Below, one piece after another: positions 27,901 to 41,920 of a stretch of 64,000 bases of DNA. The DNA is from Auanema rhodensis (Eukaryota; Animalia; Nematoda): positions 7,006,001 to 7,070,000 of the forward strand of contig OZ059894.1 of assembly GCA_964057225.1 (NCBI GenBank), written 5' to 3'. The notes beneath the pieces are model-generated. The model was given only the letters and a program-made list of their open reading frames with translations. It had not been told where the DNA came from and ran no database searches. Positions within the stretch are counted from its first letter, which is position 1; the number at the start of each line of letters is the position of its first letter. The translations under genes were made by a program, and so were the position numbers.

Positions 27901-28498
27901 AATGATAATAAAGAAGCAAGTGTGCGGAAAGGACGTAGAGGAACAATGTATATAAAACACAAAAATCTTCAATACCGTGAAGTAGGTAGTATGAGTAGTG
28001 GTAGTTGTGTAGACATCTATTCATATCCAAAAAACGGGACCGGAGAGACAGAAAGAATTTAGGAGACAGAAGCGATAGAGACAGACTACGTGACACTTCT
28101 TCAAGTATAAATATAAGCTAAACAAGCGTTATCTAAGCAAAAGGAAAGTCTCACTTAGTTCTCGATACCCTACCACCAAGTGTCCTATAGAGAACAGCAT
28201 CATAGTAGGTAGAGCTTGAGGAAACGGTTCACGGGCAAGTACGAGACGCGAAGTAGAGCTGAGGGACATACAGAAAAGAGCAGTAGCCCGTCCCTACTTG
28301 GAATTGTACCGAACTGGGACGGTGGAGATGGAGAATCACTGGAGAGACAGAAGCAAATAAAGAAAATGAAGTTTAGTCAAAACTGTTAATTTAAAATTCT
28401 TTCGGAAGATGTACAGAGGTGGAAATAATTGGGGTGGTTATCGATATATAATAATATAAAATAATAAACAAGAAACACAGATAAACAGTTATATCGAT

Positions 28499-29333
<835 letters not shown>

Positions 29334-31790
29334 TATGTATTATAGGGTGACCGAAGTTAGAGATCAGAAGACACGTAGAAAAATTTGTTGGAAGAGAACC
29401 TTGAGACAGTGGAGACTACCTGAAATGAGTATATGAGTAAAACAATACCGAAAATATACGCCCAAAGAATGAAGAAGAATACATTAATAAAATAAACAGC
29501 AACAAAATTAAAAACAAATCTGGCTCGAAGTGTAAGAATGAAATTAAGAGTCAGGTTCTTATTTTTCAATTTATGGACAGATAGGTAGAAATTGCGAAAA
29601 TATAATACTACCAGAACTAAAGGCTTGTATTAAGAACGTATGACTTTGAAACAAAATTACGGCCCCATCAACTTGTACCGTGATTTAATTGTGTGATTCA
29701 CTAACGATGTCGACAAAAAACCTGCCCTGTTAACAGGGCGGGACGAGAAGGAAATAGAGGGACAGATATTTGGGTCAAAAAGCGTAAAAAGAAAAGTATC
29801 TAGCCTAATACTGGTAGGGAAGTAATCGGTACACAAAAATGTAAAGAAGGTGAAATATTACGACGAAGGTTAAGTGAAAATAGATGGTATGTATGGCAGG
29901 GCAAAAGAATGTTGACTGCATTAGCGAAAGAGCGGAAAGGGCTCTTTTTTACTTTCAAGCTCCTGCGACGCAGAACGCCTCGCGTGCATACTGTAGTTAA
30001 CATTAGTCCATTGCTCAGACGAAAATATTTGAAAATGCCATTCAGCTATTTAGCCGAGTCACAGTACAGTCATCAATAGAAAATGCGGGCAACGCTGAAC
30101 ATGGACAGTGACTAGATATATAGACGTTAAATTCAAAGCAATTCTCATACCAGTGTACAGGTAGAATGGTTACGAAACATTATGTAGATGGTTATACGAC
30201 AAAGTATTAAAAACCGAAATTTTAAGATTATGTGACAGATGAAAGATCACGACTCTGCGCTATAAAGCCGTTATGGTGAGAGAACTTTTTATTGTAATTT
30301 CTAGCAATCAAAGGTTGTAATTAATGAACTATTAGTATCTCGATTATTTGTATCTCGATTTTCTATGCACCCAAACAGCTTTTTTGCAGTTAACTGAAAG
30401 AAAAACTGTTCTTATAATCTGAAAAACATTTTGAACAACTAATTTGGAAAACAATTACGGATAATAGAACAAAACGTTGGTAAACGATCTACACTTTATT
30501 AACCGTATGATTTCCCGAGTATTTACAGTTTCATGTAAGGCGACAGAAGTGTAATAAAAATGAATTCGAGAGAAATTGAGAAAAGAAAACTCTAGCAGAC
30601 TTAGATATTGACAAGGGCACGTATACACTTCTCATTTCTTCCTCATACTGGCAACTTTAATCGATTGCCAGCCATATCCTCATGCTTAGCCGATGTATCG
30701 AAGTTGTCGGCTGACAGCAGAGAGTAGAACAAGCGAAAAACTGAGACAAGAAATACACAGTGAGCACAAAACAATGTCAATTCCCGGAATATTGTGAATA
30801 ACTTTATAGCAAGTTACTATTTTTTAGTTTTTTGCTATATATCATTACTGCATACGGGCCTACAAAAAACAAATTCCTAGCCAGTACGGGTGGGGGATTG
30901 CAGCGCTCAGGTGTTCGAACTAATATTTTGCGAATTTTCTAGAATTGAGAAAGATTATGCAAAGTAGTGAATGGAATCGATTACAGTCGACTATAAGCGA
31001 AAGGGTTCAGTAAAATATTGAGAGGTTTCATGTTCATTTCTTTTCTTACGTCCCAATTTAATTTCAAAAGTTATTTAATTGTTTTAAAAAGGATTAGACT
31101 GGGACATGGTTACGCTAGGCAGTTATAATCAATTAAATCAATAAGATTTTTGTTTAAATATGTTGGCAATTAAATCTGTATAGTTGGGCGATCTGAGATA
31201 AAAAAGGAGTTGGAAATCGGATAATACGCTGGAATAAAAAAATTAATACTGATAATCCTTCGAAACTATGAAGTTTAGTAGAAGTCATGAGGATTCAATA
31301 ACTATTTAAAATTTTAAAGCACCGTTCATCAGATAAATGGAAGTTTGAGCTTCAAAAAGTTTTAAACTGCTAGAACTATCAAAAGTTGAAAAAATAAAGC
31401 AGTTGATCTTCTCAAAATACAAAAGTTCGGAACAAAAAAAAATAACAAAATAATAGAAAACAAGAACGAGAGGCATGCGAAGGGTTGGTTGATCAGTGGA
31501 TCAAAGCCATCATGTTGTTATTGCCAATGTAGCAATTTGAAAAAATTCAACTATCTCACAATTCAGTGGTGCTACAGCAGTTGATTCAGGCTGAATTATG
31601 GACGTCAGGAGAGAAAATAGGTTGCATGGGATCCGATTATAAAAGCAGTTTTCATATATATTCCGTAGAAAAACGATGTGTGCGAACTACAGGAGAAAAA
31701 GAGAAGTCAAATACATACACATAGATCGCAACTACAACCACTCTGAATGACCCGTCATGACAAAATAACAAGGTTGTGTCATCAACAGCT

Positions 31791-31805
31791 CACGTGAGTC
31801 ACGTG
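31791..31805. promoter_or_regulatory. Composite E-box / AP-1 / E-box element upstream of cmd-1
   Basis: CACGTGAGTCACGTG; identical copy at 17282-17296. Confidence 0.5.
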
Positions 31806-32119
31806 GACGTAGCTTGTTCACGCGTTTACCTAAGAGCACGATGCAATCGATGAACAACAGAAATGTTTCCTAAGTGAACAAAACGGTCATTGTAGACAAA
31901 TATACCATACAATGCTCAAATATTTTAATAGCTACGAATATGTTGATAAAACGCTCAGCTATTTAATAGCAACGGCTGTCATTATTCCGCTGCAATGCTG
32001 TGCGCATTGCGCGGCGCATTCAATAGATAGCGCTACCTATCTTATTACATAATGCTATCACCATGGTGAATAATACACCACGACCACCACCACTAGTAGC
32101 TCCAGCACCACCAACACTG

Positions 32120-32143
32120 CTACTACTACTACTACTACTACTT

Positions 32144-32174
<31 letters not shown>

Positions 32175-32189
32175 CACTACCACTACTAC
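32120..32189. repeat. (CTA/CCA)n trinucleotide repeat
   Basis: ctactacta... tract; it produces the spurious poly-Leu ORF 32063-32281. Confidence 0.92.
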
Positions 32190-33986
32190 AATCATCACCA
32201 CAACTGCAACTACTACCGATGGCGCTGGCGCAACTACTGCCGAAAATTACAACCAGAACGCCAGCATTATTAGGAAAATAGAAGAACGAAAACGTAACTT
32301 AATAATATAAATGATGACAACTAATAGATAGAAAATGATAGTTGCAATCTTGTCTCCAGTTTAGTCATACCGGTGAAATAGGTCTGGTTGTAAAACCAAA
32401 ATTTTGCGGTTTCAGCCACCATCTTGGGTCAAAAACTTCTTGATGTTATTTTACGACAAGACGAACAAACAAAAAGCAGCAATGCTTCTGAAGAAAAGCA
32501 GCAACAGCAGCCACATCAGCCAAAGCCACAACCAGAAGATAGACAGAGACAAACAATGGCTGTATGAAAGGGGTTGTTAGGAGTGAAGAAAAAGAGAGGG
32601 ATAGAACGAAAGGGGAATAGTCATATTGGCGAGCGGTCATGCACAGCCTAGGGCTCGATTAGTGTGTGTGGGCTCAGGACCGAAGTGTATACGCATTGTG
32701 AGAGCGATTATTTCCTGCAATTATGGAATATAACAACAAGATCTGGAGCTTGCAGGAACATACGCATAGGAACAACATCCCATCCGACACCAGTGGCACG
32801 TCACTGGTCCGATTGCGTCTGGTTTTTATACGAAATAAAGACATAGGCACAAAGTGCTAGAAGAAAAAGAAATGAAAGAGTCAGCTGCTATGAGCATCGA
32901 GGCAAATTGGACAACAGGGGCAGAGATCACAAGTAAATTTCACGTAAAATCATTTTTATGTTTGGAAGATAGCTTGAAAGTGGAGAAAGAGAGAAAGAGA
33001 AGGAAAGTGGAAGAAAGAGAGAACGAAAGAGACGAATGAGAAAAGAGATAGATAGCCATTACCAGCAATAGATGATAGTTTATGCGTACTTGCAACTTCA
33101 ACAGCCCAAAGAAGAAGAATTAAAGCAAGAAATATAATTACGAAATCATAATCGAATTAACCAGGAACTTAAACAGCAATTATCAATTATTTCTTTGAAA
33201 TGATTTGCATAGTATTACTGATTATTATTGACAAAAGAACAGTAATACTCTTATCGTTTCTAGCACAGCATTGATAAGAGGGTCCAAAGAATTCTTGTTC
33301 TGAAAGATCTACGAGCCTCTAGGGGACTATCTACAGAGAGAAAAATGCGATGAACCTACATAATAGCAGCACAGAAAGATATACATAGTGAGAGAATGAA
33401 GGATATTTAATGAAACAAAACGCCTCGTAAGACGATAGATGTAGAAGGGAACACATATACAAAGACCAATGCAAATCAATGAAGCTCAACGTGGTTCTCA
33501 TTGCAAGAAGAATTTTCAATTTAAGCGGATAGCTATGATTCGCAGAAAAAAGAAGTACGTTAGCTGCGAGAAATCCCCCAGATTTCAGAACAGCAAATAG
33601 ACAGTGCAGTTATATGAGAGAGCGAGTGAATGTGGACGAGAGGCTAAAAAGCGCGGTAGAGAATGTAAAAAGACATCCGTATTCAACAGGTATAACAGAG
33701 AACCGAATGGTTTTTTCATCTCTCTTTGAACGTTCATAATGCGTGGCTGTTGGCCTCTAGTCAGCGAATCAGGCGGGAATTTTTCATGAAAAATTGAAAT
33801 TTGGAATAGGTGTTATGTCATAGTCTAACGCTGGCTGATGAAGACAATGCTAAGCAAAATGGTAAGGTTTTCGTTCATGGGTGGTTTACAGGACAAAAGA
33901 GGATGTGAACGGAAATGTTGAGTGTATGAGTATATGTGTATGCGTATGCTCGTAATGTCCTCAAGCAAGCAGTAGCTGACTAACAT

Positions 33987-34068
<82 letters not shown>
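33987..34068. repeat. Compound trinucleotide repeat (CAG)n(TAG)n(CAT)n
   Basis: Directly visible; it produces the poly-M/poly-L ORF 33825-34304. Confidence 0.95.
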
Positions 34069-36629
34069 GAGGCTGATGAGAAGTGGATGGGAGAGAGTCG
34101 AAAGCTAGCCGGAGGGCAAGACAAGAAAAGAGAGTGCATACGGGTATGAGAGAGTAGAAAGAGGATCATAGTGTGAGAATAGTAGAGAGCCCAATCACTA
34201 CTGAAAAATATCACAGCTTTGACTTTTGGCAGCAAGGAATACGGCTCTTTGGGCAAAAGTCCTTGTAGAGAAAGGATTAAATGCGAAATTGGTGGAGAAG
34301 CCAAAATCTGAAATTAGAAATTCTATGATTGGGAATAGGCAGTTAACGGATATATAACGAAAACGAATAACAGTTAAAGCGAAGGGATTGTTGAAATAAG
34401 CTCGAACGTGAGAACAAACGAATGGACCTGAGCAGATGAGCACGTGCGCTAGCCTCAACAAGGCAGCGTGATGCCAGTGTATCGAGGGTGGAGAGAAGAG
34501 GCCAGTCAGCCATCAGGGTAGAGATAAAAGGGTAGAAAGAGAATAAGACGGATGAACGACGAGCAAGAATAAAATGACATGAGAGACGCAGACGAGCATA
34601 GAAGAAATACAGAAAAAAGGAGAGAGAGTGCCTACGGCGGCGGGTGCGTCCCCCCGTCTCCAGCAAGCCCCACACATAGCCAGAATGGAGGCGGAGTTAG
34701 GGGGCGCAGCCTGGCGCATTGCGCGCGCAATGCGCCGCTGTTCCGCGGCTGAATATCCCCCGGAGACTATCCTACGGTAGACACGGCGAAGGAATAAAGC
34801 GGCGTCGTCGTCGGACGGGGAAGGCAACAAGGTTGAAGACGAGAACAGCGGCAAGTCGATGCTGTTGATAGTGATGATGGAGATGATATGAAAATGCACA
34901 TACATATATGTATGCATATATGTACAGCAAGTGAGTCAGCTAGATGTAGGTTGTGATGCACATATAATGGCAGAGAACAGGCGAAGAAAAAATTGACGGC
35001 GCAGTGTAGAAGAGGAAGAACAGCATAGCATGATATGAGTGATCATTGGTTTTTATCAGAAGTAACTTCAGAATTTAACGAATTTGAATCATAAGGGGTT
35101 ATTGTTGTTTTGGAACATTCGGAATGAAGACATCAAGCAACAGGGATGTGTGTTGAATCAAAAATCATGATGACATACATATACCAAGTAACATGTTGTT
35201 AGTTCCAGCATTGACATTGTGAACAAGAAAAAGTGAACAATATAAACATGCTCCCCGATTCTGATGATTCAAGCTGAAATACCAGATTTTGGTTATCATT
35301 CTGCCGGGGCATGAACTTAGGACGCATCTCACGTAACAAGATTTTCAAGGAATGAAAGCCTCTAAAGCTACAAGCGGTCAATGTTCTCATATTAGTTTCC
35401 GATCTGTTTTCACGAAACATGCTGACAGAATGAGAATGAGCAGTGAGAGAGGGAATGATACACATAAACTCACAACACGAAGGAAGCAATACACCACACG
35501 TACCCGATGTTTCTCGGTTTTTCTTTAGCCTCACGTTAATTCTCTCGCATTTTGTTATATTCTCAATCAAATCAACTCTTCTTCTTTCTGAGATTTCTCT
35601 CTCTATCTTATTCACATTTATTTTCTTTTTTCATCCCTTTTCTCTTTTTTTTTCACCTGAATCCTAAACTCATTTTCTTCTCGATGTATGAGGGATGATA
35701 GATAGAAAAAAGAACTCGGAAATCAGGATGTGGTTCTAACCTTCCATCTTGATAGAAATGAACCTATCTCTCCCTCTTTCTCGTTCACTTCCTCTCTCAA
35801 TCTTTTACTCGCTATGCCAGTATCTTTGTCTTCGACTGCGTAGCTTCTTCTCCAGGGGCATGTGTGCTTTCCTATGATTAGCAAGGACGAAAACCCGATA
35901 ATGGAGAGATAAGCAGTTTTTGAAATAACAAACGAAAGACAAGAAAAAGGCTTATAAGTGTACAGACTGAAATGATAAATTACATGAAAATAATGAATTT
36001 CATTAGATAGTGGAAAATTCATTGCGATCATGAATTAATGAAAGGCTGTATCTTGCGCGAAGTAGGGGGAAAGAGAGTATTCCTGAATCTATAGGAAGAG
36101 CAAGTAGTAAAAGCATTTCAGAAAAGCGAGAAGGAGCAAAATGCAAGTGAAAGAATAAGAAGAAGAAGAATGAATGAAGACTGGTAGGAGGAGAGTTGGG
36201 GAGAGCTGAAGCAAAGAGACAAGAATTAAAAGAAAATGTAATTGAAGCCAATGAGGTATAAGGAATAGCTGGTATAGTTGTCGTCTGCTATTGCCACTCT
36301 ACTCTTGAGAGCAATTATATTTACATATATGGAGTATGGGAAGAAAAAGGAAAACCGAGTGGATCTAGGTGAACAGAGAGACTTATGAAATATGGATGGC
36401 TTTTTTCTGAGAAAGTATCCAAACAAATAAAAGTGTCGAGGCAATTTCTCTAGTCTTCATCTACTTTTGTTGAATATATGTATAGATGAAGCATGTTGGA
36501 CCACACTCAAACTCCCTTTTTTCCTTTGGGCTGATCTTCCTTCGTCTCGCTCTTGTTCGTGCTCCTTCAATATCTTTCTTTCTCGCATGCTCATTTATTC
36601 TTTTTGTCTATATTTCTCTCACTACATAA

Positions 36630-36632
<3 letters not shown>

Positions 36633-36684
<52 letters not shown>
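36633..36684. repeat. (CT)n microsatellite
   Basis: About 26 TC units. Confidence 0.95.
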
Positions 36685-36689
<5 letters not shown>

Positions 36690-39600
36690 ACCTCCCTTAT
36701 TCATCCTCACTTATGCCCCTCTTCTATGCTTGTGAAATTGCGGTCAATAATAATTTTGTATTCTGGAAGAAAACAACTTTTTCGCGAATTGTCAAATGCA
36801 GTTTCATTGGTAGAAACTTGGGTAATGCCTAGGCTTTAAGCGATTGAAACTGAGAACTACTTGCATCAGTGCATTCCATGACCATATTTCTTAGCTACAT
36901 GTGTTTTCGGCTAGTCTATTTCTAAGTCTAAAGCCAGATTCTATACAGCTCATTGTAGTTTATTACAGCTGAATAAGATAGAAAAAACTAGGAAGATACA
37001 ATGTTAAGATAGTGAGAAAAAGAAAAGAAAGAGAAAACTAAGTGAACTGGAAGCTAAACGAAAGCTTTCCCAGAATGGTATCTAAACAAATGGATGGATA
37101 GCTGTAATCCAAAAGTTTTGCTGAGCTCGTGTTCGCTGAAGAAGGCTGAAGAAAAAAGTAAAAAAGGATATGGAATGAGTTATTGAACGAAGAGGACAGA
37201 GTTGACAAGTCACATTCATGGAAACAGGCCAAAAAGGAAACGTGGGACCAGCACCCTCACACCGCCCCCTTAAGGGACCCAGACCCATCGGTCATAGTCC
37301 AGGAAGGAAATTCTGGAATATGAAGAATGGAACGATGAGGAAACGTAGAATGGAATCTAAGAATGTCTGAAATTCCACGAAAATTCGTGGTGTTAAAACG
37401 AAAAAAATATAAAAGAAACAATTGAGGTGAGATTTCACGGAAGGTATTCGAGTCAACAGATTAACTTTAGGTTGTTCTATTGGCTGAAAAGCCAATAGAG
37501 CGATAAGTGCTTAACTGTACGACGTTGGGACCACAAACTTATAATCGACATCATCTGACACGTTACAAAAATTTTTAAAACTTTTATAATCTGAATTGAG
37601 CATATTCCAGCGCAACAACGGCGCAACAACTGGCGCATATGACGCGATCAAAAAGTATGTAACATTAGCCATATATGATATGACGAAGAACGTGAGAAAG
37701 AACTGAAAATTGAAGAGATAGAAGACTGGAGGCAAAAAATTAATCTGATAAGAGGAAAAGTGGGCGAAGAACACGATTGGGAGAGCAAAAGTGGAGGGTA
37801 TGTGTATTAAAGGAAAGCGAAAAGAAGAGAGAAAAATAGCGAGAAAGAGAGTAAAGGCAGAGGGAAAAGAAAGATAATGTGGGTGAGGGGAGCAAAAAGA
37901 TAAAGTGAAAACAGGTGGACGATTGAGAGGTTGCCATGATGGAGACAATTAACAGGAAGAACAGGGGGATGGAAGATGGTCTAGTAAAAGTACAAGAATA
38001 TATTAATATTGTAAAAATGAAACCTATGGTTATCAATATTCTTTAACGATTTTCAAGTGCTGATCCGGGTGAAACTTTCTTGAATATGCAATCCAAACAT
38101 GTTTTTAACAGTTCACTCGTATCAAAGGTTCTCTCTCTTTCCCTCTCTCTCTTTCTCCCCCCCCCTCTCTCTCTCTCTCTCTCTGTGATCATTTTCACTC
38201 TTTTTTTAATTTTTCTCTCGATTCCATGTTGCTTCTAACTCTTCATCTCTTTCTTCGTCCCCATCAGTATGGCAGCTTAGTTGCTAATCCTCATTCTCAC
38301 CTGCGTCAGAGCAGCCGGTGTGTGTTGAACATGTTCGCTCAATTATGCATGGATTTTGTAAGCCCAAAAAGAAATTGATGAAAAACGAAGCCATTGGCAC
38401 TCTATTAAAACACAAAAAGACAGTAGATTGAATTGAATAAGCTATAGAGTATGATGGACGAATTGAATCTGGGACTGAGTGACTGAAAATGTATGCTAAA
38501 GGAATACATAGGACTGTTAGAGAGCGAGAGCAAGATAGAAGAGAAAAAGAAAAAAGACATAATCATGCTCTAGAAGTCTAGAAAAGAATTGAGATATTTG
38601 GGTACGATTTGCCACCTGAAACAGCTGAACTAACAAAGCAATATTTGTCGTTTGAGAATTGACTGTCAATCGAAGTGAATTAGAAATTGCTTGTGGGGCT
38701 GTAAGAGATTGATGATGTAGCTTGGGCAGTCGGTGTGATAGTCATTTCGGTTTTCATTTGATATGACACGTTTCTTATGAGTTTCAATAGGATTATCACA
38801 ACGGAAGGTTAAAAAGTTTAGAGAATGATAAGGACTAAACCAAGTAAGAGATAAGAAAATACAACATTCGTACATGTAGAAGCAATAGCTTATATAGATT
38901 TCTAGTTGGAGCTTTTACAAACTATGGATGCATCATCGTGCAAAGATTTGTTCCTTCTTTGAACGTGCTCCTCCTTCATCTTCTTATCTTGATTTGTAGT
39001 TTTTCCGGAAGACTTTCTATCTAGACATTTTGAAGTTCCGATTTATGCCGGAAATTGGAACACGAGTCTTTCTGCATTTCAAACTATATCCTATGCTCAA
39101 AACTTGCATTATTACGATTTTCCTGAAGCCATTCATTCGTACGAACACAAGCACTTTTACTTCATAGATGACTGCCAGTTTTTTTTCCTCAGAATATTCT
39201 GACACCAAATTCCGGCATGCTCATTAGGTGGAAAGGGGAAAGAAGAGGGTGGTTTAGAATTGAAAAGAACGTGCTCTCTCGTTCGAAGAATGTTGTAGAA
39301 CATGAAGGAAGTTTATAAATCGGAAAGAACAAGCAAGAAAAAATCACTGTGCTTATACGAATGCTTTTCTATCTAAGACTTCAATTTGTTCATTCTTTTC
39401 TTTTACTTTTTTCTCCTTTTGATACTTCTTTCCAATTCAAAATCTACAATTTAGTTCATACGAAGTGAAAAAAAGGAATTTGATGGAGTTTAGAAAGAGG
39501 AAGATAAAAAAACGAAAAATAGATGAATAGCGTTAGAACATGAGAAGGATAGACAGTGAAAGAAAACAGAAGTAAAGAAAGAGTATAGAAGTGGCCAGAC

Positions 39601-41920
39601 AAGGAGTGAGAAAGAGCCTATTTCGACTAACAATGTGTGTGTGTACATGTGTGTGTGCGTCTGTGTGTCTGTATGTGTACATATAAGATATATTCCAAAA
39701 TACTCCAATTCGTGTGGAGATTTGTCATTTAAGCAAGAAATCAAAAGCAATGGAATGATGTGGATGGCTACCAAATACTACGGCAAATCTACTACGAAAG
39801 ACTAGCTTCTTGCTGTTTTACGTAAAGTAGTTATCCCAGAGAAATTCAAAATCCTCCTTTAGCCCTCTTTAATTGCTTTCGAAATACATTAAAACACAGT
39901 TAGTAATTAATACTACTAATCATGTTAGTTTTTAAGTACAATGAAGCTTAAAAAAAGCGAAAATACTCTTCAGACTTTGATCAAGCTTATTCTTAAAATG
40001 TTTCCACGTTTTCTGCACTACGTCGTTGAAGCATTTTTTCCAATTCTAGCTTTTTCTCAATTCTAATTTATGTTTCGGATATGTCTGGAAGTGATATATA
40101 TGAAATGAAAATCTAAACACATGAAACGAAAAGAAAAATGCTACGTAAGTTGACACTCCGTGCACATTTTGAGAAATTATTCGAACTCGATGAGCGATGT
40201 ATCTCACGCGATGAGCTGAAACGAAAATGTTTTGGGTTCCCGGTGTCAACGTGCACAATGACTTTTCATTCAAAAAACATATATTATATGATATATATAT
40301 ACATCCAAATATATCCAGGCATCGGAGAATAAAGTAATAGAAGTAAGCTTCAAGTTATTACCAAAATTTGTATACAAATCGAAGATAAGCTTTTGTTCAA
40401 CGTACTTGCCTCTATAAAATACTTAAGAACAGTAATTTTCAATATGAGGAAAGAGATAGAAGGTTAGAAACAACATATTTTCTTTTTTCTCTCTTGGTTA
40501 CTTCCTTTCTTCTTTCTCATTTTCTCTATAGCCTTTCTTCTTTCTCTCTTATTTCCTCACTACTTCATTTTCATTTTCTTTTTTTTTCACTTTCCCCCTC
40601 TCCTCTCCCTCTTTCTTTTTCTCTTTCTCTCTTCACATTACTGGATCTTATTGGGCTGTGTTCTGTCCAGTCTATTGTGTGGCAGAAAATATTCAATTAG
40701 ACGTGGTTCAACACACATACATATTTCGTAGAACAAAATTTCCAAAAAAAAGAGTAAGATATGACGAGGATTGAAGAGTATGAGTTCAAAAAACGATGAA
40801 ATCGAAGATGAATAAGGCGATAGTCAAATTAATGATCGAATGTTTAGGTTCTAATGTTGTCGTTGAAGTTTATTTCCTGTTGTTTAGCATGATGTCCTTC
40901 ATCGTATTAGAAGATTCTAAGAAAACATTCTGTTCTGAATTGTCTATCAGATCAAGTAACAGTATACTGCTGAGGATGTAGACTTTAGTTTATTATTTGG
41001 AGATTATATTACTTCAAATGATGAAGTAAAGTCAATTAAAAATTGCGTTAGACCGGAAATAGTCCGGAAGAAATATTGAGAAAGATGAAAGAAAATTAAA
41101 AGGTTGCGATCAAAGTGAAATAACATTGGCAACATTGGGTAAGAAAGAAAGCACGTGTTCATCTTATTTCAGATGAAAATATTATATACATGTACATGTA
41201 CATATATATATGTATGTATGTATTAATATCGAATAGTATAGTAGATAATTAATTATTATTTTAAAAATTATCAAAGTTTAATGAATAGATGAAGAAGTAA
41301 GCTTGAACAAATAAACGATTAAACATTGTTTCTTTATGAACAAAGCATGAATAAAACAAAAAAATGTTTGAACAGATAATTCCAAAAATTAAAAACAAAT
41401 ATATACACATAATCAAAGAAAATGATCACATTGATCAGTAGCCGAATGAAATTATAAATTTGTTAATAAGGGTGGAAACAATTTTTTCTCTTGTCGTTCA
41501 AAACTGAACGTGAAAACTTGAACAGCTTTCAGACAAGTTGTATTAGGAGTGTAATGTAAGAACAGACAATGTATTACTGCATTTTCTATTCAGGGGTTAT
41601 ATATATATATATATATACATGAAAATAAGTATAAATAAATAGAGAATTGAAGAAATATCAATGGGCTGCTCCAATCATGATCGTAATAATTTCAGAAGAA
41701 AAAAAATGATTTTCTTTCAAAATGAAATTTGCAAAATTGATAGTTGGTGAGATTTATGCTGCACAATGCTCTACTACTGCATATAACACAGCAGTAGAAC
41801 AGCATTAATCTAATTTGTAGATAATATCTGAGTATGTGTATGCGAATATGAGTATATCTGTGTGTGTATGTGTGGATATATAGCCACCTAAGGTTGAGGC
41901 GATTTTAACTTTTCCATTAT

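Noticed and set aside
32063-32281. Poly-Leu ORF resembling a signal or TM peptide
   Set aside because: Produced by the (CTA)n microsatellite; no splice or homology support.
33825-34917. Cluster of 64-159 aa minus-strand ORFs
   Set aside because: Low-complexity products of a trinucleotide repeat and a GC-rich island; no recognisable domain or exon structure.
37254-37286. Four G-tracts on the minus strand (possible G-quadruplex)
   Set aside because: Two 8-nt loops and a competing CCC within a loop; no supporting context.
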